Of a stretch of 64,000 nucleotides of DNA, positions 37,101 through 45,033 are shown piece by piece; position 1 is the first letter of the stretch, and each line of letters begins with the position of its first letter. The notes below the pieces were generated by a model. It did no database searches and was not told the origin of the DNA. It saw nothing but the letters and a program-made list of their open reading frames with translations. Origin of the DNA: TPA_inf: Saccharomyces (taxonomy: Eukaryota); contig BK006945.2 in NCBI GenBank assembly GCA_000146045.2, positions 704,001 through 768,000 of the forward strand. The letters run 5' to 3'. Made by a program: the position numbers and the translations under genes.

Positions 37101-39863
37101 TGGTTCAAATTTATGCGCCTCTGAGTCCAAGATACTATCAAATAGGGCTGTTAACATATCTAATAAGGTGTAGAGAGACAAATGATGACATAACGATGAT
37201 GGAATAGATCTGATAAATATTTCACAGGCATGAAAAGCGGCATCCTGCAAAGTTGGTTCCCTATGAGAAAGGCAAAGTAGCAAGTTATTAAGTTGTTGAG
37301 CAATCATTTTGGAGTTGAATATGGCATCGTTACCCTTTTGAATCAACCTAGCATATTTTCTAATCATGGAAACCGACAAAACTGCAATACACTTCTCAAT
37401 TGAACCGGAAAGAATGGAGGGGTCTGAGAAGTACAGTAGAGTCTTCGAACAATCACCTGCCTCGCATCTTATCGTTTCTAGAAGAACGGCAGCCGCTAAA
37501 AACATGATTTTAGACGATGAAGTTGTTCTGTACTGAACAATATTGGTATTGAAATATTCGGTTATCTGCTGTTTTTGTTGTTTGATATTTTCGTTAGATG
37601 AACCGCGGCGCAAAATTGTATTCATTTCCAATGAAAGCTCCTTGTTATTAGCAGGAAATTCAGAAGCCAGCGGTGGTGAATTATAGGCAATAGTTAATAA
37701 GAAAGAAAAATTTCGTTTGACAATAGGCCCGCCCAAGTGGTACCCATGGATGACAAAATTAAACCAGGCGTTCCTAAACTTGTTTGTAGTGACTTCATCC
37801 TTATTGATGTCCAATGGCGTATCGCCTGGAACAGGTAGTAGAGCGGCGAGGGGCTCTAAGTAGGTAGCGATTTGATCAGCAACACGGGAAATCTCCGTTT
37901 GAGGTCTGTGATGTTCCAATCGTTCTACTTCCCCACTGGCAATGATTGAGTCCAATAGATCATGAAGATACATGAAATATAAGTCACTTGAAAAATGCCT
38001 GGCCAACAATTCTTTTGATATCACACATTTCGCTTTAATAATATTTTTCAATAGTGCGCTATCATCAATTTTTGTTGCAATAACAGTTCTCGATTTGAAG
38101 AACTTTAGTAAAAGCGAAAATTCTGTCAGTGAAGTATTCGGAGCCAGTCTTGCCAAAGAATTCAAAATAACACCGTCTAATTCCTTTGACATAGAATTAA
38201 CTTTTTGCGTAAGAATAGAGATAGTCAAAGCTGTTATGCTTTGGGTGTTATAGTATGAGGCGATTGTAGTCGTTGCAGCCACACAATTAGATATCAAAGA
38301 GGCATGGTATGTCATAGTAGCTCCACTATTGACATCATGGGAGGAAAGTTGGCCCACAGTTGTATTTCCGAGCAGAGCACCAGTGCCATCCAAACTGGCA
38401 GATGAATTTCGCAAGGGAAAGTAGTCTTTCTCAATATTTTTTCCAGATGTTATTGTTAATTGGCGCTCACGGAGCACCGGGACGGGCGATCCGTCCTCGG
38501 AAACAGCTAATAAGTTGTTCATGGAATAAATTGTACTCACAATTGCATCTTCATTTAGAGGGTATAACCCTGTGGTGAATATTTTTGCAACATCATTAAC
38601 TGTTTCAGTCGTGATATGTGGAGACGCTACCAATAAAGGAAACATACGAATCAGAGTTAATGACAATTTTTCCGTGAAAAAATTCAGTAATGAGGCAGAA
38701 GCTACAATTGCTTTTATCAAAGATGGTGTAACGACATCAGATAAGAAAAATTTATCAATAGATTCAGAAACAACGTTTGTAAAACTTTCAAAAAGCTCGC
38801 TTTCTGTATCTTCTATAAACGGAATTAAACATAGCGTTTGTAGGTAGTGGGCTCGAGTATCAAAAGAAAATCTTGCACGGTTGTCTGTAGATAGGTCGAG
38901 AATATGTGACTCAGAACAAAATTGCAGGGAAATTTTACACATGTCTGTAAAAAACTGTTTATTGCTTCTTACGTTGAAAAAAAAGTCATCAATACACTTC
39001 GTATCATCGTTTTCATCGGCTACTTCTTGATCAAATTTGTAAAATTGGTATTGTTGATTTAGTAAGAACTCACTCAAGTTGGCGCCGACATGTGAAGTGT
39101 TTAACAGATGAGATATTAGCGAAACTTGCAAGCGAGATATTAATTCCAATAAGTAGGCACTGGATAGCTCATTTCCAGCATCGTAATACTGGACGATTGA
39201 ATCATTGGTAAACGTTGCTGAGGAATTCAAAATCTTATCAACTTCGTTTAGAAATGATCCACGAAGCACAAGTTTCGCTAACTTTTTCCAGGTGAATTTA
39301 GTAAGCTCTGTAGAGTTGGGAAACTGGATAAATGCATTAATAAAGCCCACTAATGATAGTAGACCAGATTGTTTAATAGTAAAAATCTTTAATACACGCT
39401 CAAAATAAGTTGAAATGATGCCGCCTATATTTTCATAAAGAACGGGATACTGTTCACAAGCTTGAATCATAAACTTAGTCAGCTGGAAAGTTAGCAATTC
39501 AATCGGATTTCTCATCTGTTCCAACTTGAATTTCGAGGACAGAACATCTGAAATTCTTTGTCTTGGAGTTTCCAGAAAATAAGGCGCAATTATTTCTTTA
39601 AGCATTGTCTCTACCAGATCGAGCGTGGTAGGGATTGCAACACAAAGCGAAGTTAGTACTTCCCATTCACTCAATGTAAGTGGTATAGTATATATCTTTG
39701 ACGTATTTGTGGAATAAAAAATAGGCAATGTATGAGTTATCAAATCTAATGTTGTACCATTACTGTTTTGATCATTTGGTGCACCCGTCGAAAGTTTAGT
39801 TAGTCTTCCAATAGCTTTCGCTCTTAAAGATGAAGAGGCTTTCAATCCTCTGGTAAATCTCAT
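34161..39863 (-). CDS. STT4: Phosphatidylinositol 4-kinase (type III alpha)
   Basis: 1900 aa from the ATG at 39863 (MRFTRGLKASSSLRAKAIGRL...). The track's 1935 aa starts at a GTG at 39968. C-terminal PI3/4-kinase catalytic domain (DRHNGNIM, DFGFIF). Confidence 0.96.
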   Translation of the reverse strand: MRFTRGLKASSSLRAKAIGRLTKLSTGAPNDQNSNGTTLDLITHTLPIFYSTNTSKIYTIPLTLSEWEVLTSLCVAIPTTLDLVETMLKEIIAPYFLETPRQRISDVLSSKFKLEQMRNPIELLTFQLTKFMIQACEQYPVLYENIGGIISTYFERVLKIFTIKQSGLLSLVGFINAFIQFPNSTELTKFTWKKLAKLVLRGSFLNEVDKILNSSATFTNDSIVQYYDAGNELSSAYLLELISRLQVSLISHLLNTSHVGANLSEFLLNQQYQFYKFDQEVADENDDTKCIDDFFFNVRSNKQFFTDMCKISLQFCSESHILDLSTDNRARFSFDTRAHYLQTLCLIPFIEDTESELFESFTNVVSESIDKFFLSDVVTPSLIKAIVASASLLNFFTEKLSLTLIRMFPLLVASPHITTETVNDVAKIFTTGLYPLNEDAIVSTIYSMNNLLAVSEDGSPVPVLRERQLTITSGKNIEKDYFPLRNSSASLDGTGALLGNTTVGQLSSHDVNSGATMTYHASLISNCVAATTTIASYYNTQSITALTISILTQKVNSMSKELDGVILNSLARLAPNTSLTEFSLLLKFFKSRTVIATKIDDSALLKNIIKAKCVISKELLARHFSSDLYFMYLHDLLDSIIASGEVERLEHHRPQTEISRVADQIATYLEPLAALLPVPGDTPLDINKDEVTTNKFRNAWFNFVIHGYHLGGPIVKRNFSFLLTIAYNSPPLASEFPANNKELSLEMNTILRRGSSNENIKQQKQQITEYFNTNIVQYRTTSSSKIMFLAAAVLLETIRCEAGDCSKTLLYFSDPSILSGSIEKCIAVLSVSMIRKYARLIQKGNDAIFNSKMIAQQLNNLLLCLSHREPTLQDAAFHACEIFIRSIPSSLCHHLSLYTLLDMLTALFDSILDSEAHKFEPRYEFKLKHSKTTILVPSSSSWRATTLSRLHKSAKEWVRILLNRSNQDTKILLQSYISDLGEYSRLNSVEFGVSFAMDMAGLILPADKELSRLTYYGPEKPNTISGFISLHSWRSKYLFDTAITSSPEDIKRQIGISTQNIRKNLTLGNKIITKDVTDFLDMATALLILGNGAPASLIYDIVHIPFEVFTSASLKIATNVWLTIITEKPEVAHLLLVEVCYCWMRSIDDNIGLYSRDHDLKGEEYQKMEYSPYDKAGINRDAKNASQAMQPHLHVIKFFASHFEGTLFQSDFLLKIFTKCALYGIKNLYKASLHPFARMIRHELLLFATLVLNASYKQGSKYMGRLSQEITNGALSWFKRPVAWPFGSNELKIKADLSVTRDLFLQLNKLSSLMSRHCGKDYKILNYFLASEIQQIQTWLTPTEKIEGADSNELTSDIVEATFAKDPTLAINLLQRCYSKKAEDVLVGLVAKHALMCVGSPSALDLFIKGSHLSSKKDLHATLYWAPVSPLKSINLFLPEWQGNSFILQFSIYSLESQDVNLAFFYVPQIVQCLRYDKTGYVERLILDTAKISVLFSHQIIWNMLANCYKDDEGIQEDEIKPTLDRIRERMVSSFSQSHRDFYEREFEFFDEVTGISGKLKPYIKKSKAEKKHKIDEEMSKIEVKPDVYLPSNPDGVVIDIDRKSGKPLQSHAKAPFMATFKIKKDVKDPLTGKNKEVEKWQAAIFKVGDDCRQDVLALQLISLFRTIWSSIGLDVYVFPYRVTATAPGCGVIDVLPNSVSRDMLGREAVNGLYEYFTSKFGNESTIEFQNARNNFVKSLAGYSVISYLLQFKDRHNGNIMYDDQGHCLHIDFGFIFDIVPGGIKFEAVPFKLTKEMVKVMGGSPQTPAYLDFEELCIKAYLAARPHVEAIIECVNPMLGSGLPCFKGHKTIRNLRARFQPQKTDHEAALYMKALIRKSYESIFTKGYDEFQRLTNGIPY

Positions 39864-40149
39864 CTGCCTTAAACGAGTGGCGTTTTCGATTGCTGTAGTT
39901 ATCTTTTTGTGATCTAATTTTTTTCTTGATTTACAATAGTTATTAATGTTGAATATGTTTTTTCCCACAACTCAAACATCTTCGCAGTATTCTTGAAAAA
40001 AAAAAATACTATTAACGTACCTTCATCCCTGCGCGTGCCGTTTGATGATATCAGCCAAAAGGTAAAATGAGATGAAAAAGGCCAATCATTCATAAATGTA
40101 CTTAGAGACATTAAAGAATCAGTTAGAGAATATAAAACAAGATAATAAA

Positions 40150-40851
40150 AATGGTACGTAGATGCAACTATATCTTTCCGTTTCTCATTGGCGGTTTTTA
40201 GCGATCGAAAATACTAACATAATCTTTTTGGGGGGTGAGAATGTATATGTGTACTGGATATGTATATTCTTGGCTTTATTCAAATAGTTGAAATTACGCC
40301 AATTACAAAAGAAAAAGCAAAAAGAAAATGAAAACAGCAGTTCTATTCAGCCTAATTTATCGGCAGCAAGAATTCGTTTGAAAAGGGACCTTGATTCGCT
40401 GGACCTCCCACCAACAGTGACTTTGAATGTAATAACATCACCAGATAGTGCGGATAGATCACAATCGCCGAAATTGGAGGTAATTGTTAGGCCTGATGAA
40501 GGATATTATAATTATGGATCTATTAATTTCAATTTGGATTTTAACGAAGTTTATCCGATTGAACCACCAAAAGTTGTATGTTTGAAGAAGATCTTTCATC
40601 CAAATATCGATTTAAAGGGGAACGTTTGCCTAAATATTCTTCGAGAAGACTGGTCGCCAGCTCTAGATTTGCAGAGTATTATAACCGGGCTTCTTTTCTT
40701 GTTCTTGGAGCCTAATCCCAATGACCCGTTAAACAAGGATGCAGCAAAGTTACTGTGTGAGGGTGAGAAAGAATTTGCTGAAGCTGTGAGATTGACCATG
40801 TCTGGAGGTTCAATTGAACATGTCAAATATGATAACATAGTTTCTCCTTGA
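40150..40851 (+). CDS. UBC12: NEDD8 (Rub1)-conjugating E2. Two exons: exon 1 is ATG only (40150-40152), intron 40153-40287 (135 nt), exon 2 40288-40851
   Basis: ATG|GTACGTAG 5' splice site, TACTAAC at 40212-40218, 3' splice site caaatag|TTGAAATTACGC. The spliced product MLKLRQLQKKKQ... is 188 aa with a UBC fold (HPNIDLKGNVCLNIL catalytic Cys). Confidence 0.9.
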
Positions 40852-41504
40852 GTCAAGTTCAGAGTAATTTTCGGTTGATTTGATTATATATAAACAATAA
40901 AATTATAGATAATTGTGACATACTAGGCGAGTTGTCGCCTTGGTAACATCTTGCTACCGCCATCTTCTGTTAGTTTACGCCTTATGACCAACATTCCTTA
41001 TATTCTCGTTCAAACTTTTGTCTCGATATTTTGCAGGTACCTGTAGAACTTAATGTGTTCTATTCAAAATAAGTATAAAATTTCTGGCCAGTAAAGGCAA
41101 ACAAAACATAAAGATATTAATACGAAAAATTTCTTGAAGAAAACAAAAAATACTTCTTATAATAAAGAAACAGCGAAGCCATGGCTATTGACAAGATAAT
41201 CAGGAAGGTGAGATACCCTGGATAGAAGACTAAGAGAGAGCAGGAAGTTGAAGAACGCAATCTCAGCTATCGCTAATTCTTACAAAAAATAAAGATATTA
41301 CAACTATGGAAGAAAAAAATGAATGACTATACTAGTTAGTAATATTTAACAAGATAACGCTTTCTATTTTCTGTAAAAAAAATTCTGTCTCATGCACTTG
41401 GAAGCAGCTTCAACATTTCTCTTTTCCAGATGTCACATTTTCCGGACCGGCCGTCATTCAATCGCAATTAAAAGAGAAAAATACCAACAAGTGGGTTGAT
41501 TTAC

Positions 41505-41513
41505 TTTTGTGTT
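41505..41513 (-). promoter_or_regulatory. Middle sporulation element (MSE) AACACAAAA about 110 bp upstream of CDA1
   Basis: Plus strand ttttgtgtt is the reverse complement of AACACAAAA, matching the Ndt80 consensus DNCRCAAAW. Confidence 0.5.
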
Positions 41514-41619
41514 TTCAAAAAGACCAATAGTTCTAACAAAGTAGATGCTTAGAAGTAAGCAAAGTGGAATATAGAGAAACAAAATTAAGTGATAGATTTA
41601 CTTTTACACAAGAAAAGAG

Positions 41620-42525
41620 ATGAAAATTTTCAATACAATACAATCTGTGCTGTTCGCAGCATTTTTTCTAAAACAGGGAAATTGCCTTGCGTCAAATGGG
41701 AGTACCGCATTGATGGGGGAAGTAGATATGCAAACGCCCTTTCCAGAGTGGTTAACAGAATTTACTAATCTTACACAATGGCCTGGAATTGACCCACCTT
41801 ATATTCCGCTAGATTACATAAATCTTACTGAAGTGCCAGAATTAGATAGGTACTATCCTGGCCAGTGTCCCAAAATTTCTAGAGAGCAGTGCTCATTTGA
41901 CTGCTATAACTGCATCGATGTTGATGATGTAACTTCGTGTTTCAAACTTTCCCAAACATTTGACGACGGTCCGGCCCCGGCGACAGAGGCATTGCTCAAG
42001 AAATTGAGACAAAGAACCACTTTTTTTGTTCTGGGGATAAACACTGTTAATTATCCTGATATATATGAGCATATTTTAGAGAGGGGTCATTTGATTGGTA
42101 CACACACGTGGTCACATGAATTCTTGCCAAGTTTATCAAACGAAGAAATTGTAGCCCAAATTGAATGGTCAATTTGGGCTATGAATGCCACAGGCAAACA
42201 TTTCCCCAAGTATTTTAGGCCTCCATACGGTGCAATTGATAATAGGGTTAGAGCTATAGTAAAACAGTTTGGCCTAACGGTTGTCTTGTGGGATCTCGAT
42301 ACTTTTGATTGGAAATTAATCACTAATGATGATTTCAGAACAGAGGAAGAAATACTTATGGACATAAATACTTGGAAGGGAAAACGGAAAGGTTTGATCT
42401 TAGAGCACGATGGTGCACGAAGAACAGTTGAGGTTGCTATTAAAATCAACGAACTTATTGGTAGTGACCAATTGACAATTGCAGAATGTATTGGTGATAC
42501 AGACTACATCGAACGCTACGACTAG
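41620..42525 (+). CDS. CDA1: Chitin deacetylase (NodB/polysaccharide deacetylase domain), sporulation-specific
   Basis: 301 aa with a signal peptide and NodB motifs (TFDDGP, HTWSH). Confidence 0.95.
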   Translation: MKIFNTIQSVLFAAFFLKQGNCLASNGSTALMGEVDMQTPFPEWLTEFTNLTQWPGIDPPYIPLDYINLTEVPELDRYYPGQCPKISREQCSFDCYNCIDVDDVTSCFKLSQTFDDGPAPATEALLKKLRQRTTFFVLGINTVNYPDIYEHILERGHLIGTHTWSHEFLPSLSNEEIVAQIEWSIWAMNATGKHFPKYFRPPYGAIDNRVRAIVKQFGLTVVLWDLDTFDWKLITNDDFRTEEEILMDINTWKGKRKGLILEHDGARRTVEVAIKINELIGSDQLTIAECIGDTDYIERYD

Positions 42526-42847
42526 AAGTAAGATTTCCGAGAAATAAAGTTTCTCTCTATATATCTTTGATCTCTTATTTAATTATTCAACTCGCAAAAA
42601 TAAAAAGAATATTTTGTTATTTCAAAAGTAAAAAAGTATGTATTAGAATAGAGGACATATATAAAAATCATATATATCGATGCTTGAATGTATAAGGAAA
42701 AGCGTCAAATTATGAACGGTAGGTACTTAGGATGCTGATGTCACATAAAGTCAGAGGGTATAACTTTAAAAAGTAATTTTTTAGAATCTTTTAGCGTCAA
42801 AACGTTACACGTACATTTGAACAGTGTTAAGAGTAGATTAATTCAAA

Positions 42848-43111
42848 TTATACTTTTACGTGCTCCGATACAGTCTCTACCTCTTCGTTGTCAGTGCAAA
42901 TAACAATTGGCTTATCATGAACTGTTCTTGGAGATGGAGAATATCCTTTCAGACTCGTAATATTGATGACGGTAGTTATTCTGCGACATTGAGTAGTACT
43001 AGCATCCCTTATAACCGGAATAGTTGTTGATGTAGGTGAACTTTTTGGGACATAACACTTGGCAGTTGTTTGCAAATTTTTTGTGATCATTGATATGTTT
43101 CTTAGTGACAT
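42848..43111 (-). CDS. YLR307C-A: Small putative protein of unknown function, between CDA1 and CDA2
   Basis: 87-aa ORF with ATG start and no recognisable domain. Confidence 0.35.
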   Translation of the reverse strand: MSLRNISMITKNLQTTAKCYVPKSSPTSTTIPVIRDASTTQCRRITTVINITSLKGYSPSPRTVHDKPIVICTDNEEVETVSEHVKV

Positions 43112-43287
43112 TTTTGATGCTATTGTTTTTATAGTGTAATTGCTATGAGTTTATTTTGTTGACAAGTATACTTGGCTGTCTTTTTTATATAATAACGAAA
43201 ATGTGTAGTGGAAAAGCAGGTGTGTTTTGTCTTATATCTTACAAACTATATAGGCTTATATAGTTTTTTTTCAAAGATTCTTATTAC

Positions 43288-43297
43288 TGCACAAAAA
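43288..43297 (+). promoter_or_regulatory. MSE-like elements upstream of CDA2: cTGCACAAAAa here, and TGCACAAAAA on the minus strand at 43395-43405
   Basis: Both match the Ndt80 consensus DNCRCAAAW and lie about 650 and 540 bp upstream of the CDA2 ATG. Confidence 0.4.
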
Positions 43298-43936
43298 AAA
43301 ATAAGATCCCAAATTGAACATTAACATTAGTCATATTCAGGGATGGCTCATCACGAACAGCAAACTGAATAATTTTCTTGTCTGCGTTCCTTTTTTTGTG
43401 CACCAATGGATGTAGTATGCGCACCTGATGCGCATAATAGATTGCAATTACACTGACTACAACTTACGTATATGCGTTTTTATTACTTTTCTATTGCAAC
43501 GGCCTAAAGGAATTCGATAAAAGAAAGAGTAGGCAAGATAAGCCTGAATTTGGCTTTCGGCTGTTATTTTTACTTCCGCTAAATTTTCTTTGTTCTTCCA
43601 TTGTTTTTTTGCCTTTGTGTTCTCCATTAATCCATCCAATTTTAATGTCGGATTAATGGAACTTTCTATTAACCCATAAATGCCACATAGTACGGCTGTA
43701 GCAGTGAAGGTTACAAAAGGACGGGTAACACATGAGAAACATGCGTCAGGGAACAAACTAGATATTTGATTTTGTGACGCAACGCAAAAATTACTGGCTA
43801 TTCTTTTGTAGTATTATCAAAATCCATTTAAAATATTCTCTCTCCTTCAGTAATCCTCTATTATTTATCAAAAACCCACAGTGGGTAAACAAACTGCAAA
43901 AGAGTTGTTATTATTTCTACGGATCGGCAATTGAAA

Positions 43937-44875
43937 ATGAGAATACAACTAAATACAATTGATTTGCAATGTATTATTGCACTTTCCTGTCTGGGGCAAT
44001 TTGTTCACGCGGAAGCTAATAGGGAAGATTTAAAGCAGATAGACTTTCAATTTCCTGTATTGGAAAGGGCAGCTACAAAAACGCCTTTTCCGGATTGGCT
44101 TAGTGCATTTACCGGGTTAAAAGAATGGCCTGGGTTAGATCCACCTTATATACCTTTAGATTTCATTGATTTCAGTCAAATTCCAGATTATAAGGAATAT
44201 GATCAAAACCATTGCGACAGTGTTCCAAGGGACTCGTGCTCTTTCGATTGCCATCACTGCACCGAACACGATGATGTGTACACATGTTCCAAACTTTCCC
44301 AGACATTTGACGATGGTCCTTCTGCTTCCACTACTAAATTATTGGACCGGTTGAAGCATAATTCCACCTTCTTCAATTTAGGTGTCAATATAGTTCAACA
44401 TCCAGATATCTATCAAAGAATGCAAAAGGAGGGACACTTAATCGGCTCACATACCTGGTCTCACGTATATTTGCCAAATGTATCGAATGAAAAAATTATA
44501 GCTCAAATTGAATGGTCCATCTGGGCGATGAATGCTACTGGCAACCATACCCCCAAATGGTTCAGACCTCCATATGGCGGAATAGATAATAGAGTAAGAG
44601 CAATAACAAGGCAATTTGGCTTACAAGCCGTCTTATGGGATCACGATACTTTTGATTGGAGCCTCCTTCTCAATGATTCTGTCATAACTGAACAAGAAAT
44701 TCTTCAAAATGTAATAAACTGGAACAAGTCAGGAACCGGATTAATATTAGAACACGATTCAACGGAAAAAACTGTCGATCTTGCCATTAAAATAAATAAG
44801 TTGATAGGTGATGATCAATCAACAGTTTCTCATTGTGTCGGCGGAATTGATTACATAAAAGAATTCTTGTCCTAA
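43937..44875 (+). CDS. CDA2: Chitin deacetylase, tandem paralog of CDA1
   Basis: 312 aa from the ATG at 43937 (MRIQLNTIDLQ...). The track starts at a TTG two codons upstream. Same NodB motifs as CDA1; the two are collinear over about 250 aa. Confidence 0.95.
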   Translation: MRIQLNTIDLQCIIALSCLGQFVHAEANREDLKQIDFQFPVLERAATKTPFPDWLSAFTGLKEWPGLDPPYIPLDFIDFSQIPDYKEYDQNHCDSVPRDSCSFDCHHCTEHDDVYTCSKLSQTFDDGPSASTTKLLDRLKHNSTFFNLGVNIVQHPDIYQRMQKEGHLIGSHTWSHVYLPNVSNEKIIAQIEWSIWAMNATGNHTPKWFRPPYGGIDNRVRAITRQFGLQAVLWDHDTFDWSLLLNDSVITEQEILQNVINWNKSGTGLILEHDSTEKTVDLAIKINKLIGDDQSTVSHCVGGIDYIKEFLS

Positions 44876-45033
44876 TTTTCAGGGAATTGAAGAAAATAAG
44901 GAAGAATTAAATTACAATTTAAAAAGAAATTGCTTTAGTATTTTATATATAGACATGCAGCAACTTCTTGATATATTTCAGGAAGAAAAAAACTGTTTCA
45001 ATATATACGTATCTTCTGCTTTCAGCTACATTT

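Noticed and set aside
34372-39408. Antisense small ORFs within STT4
   Set aside because: Same reasoning: embedded in a 5.7-kb conserved kinase CDS, with no features.
40288-40290. Possibility that UBC12 lacks an intron and starts at TTG 40288, as the ORF track implies
   Set aside because: ATG followed by GTACGT, a TACTAAC and an AG lie 138 bp upstream. These restore the expected N-terminus (MLKLRQ) and the 188-aa length.
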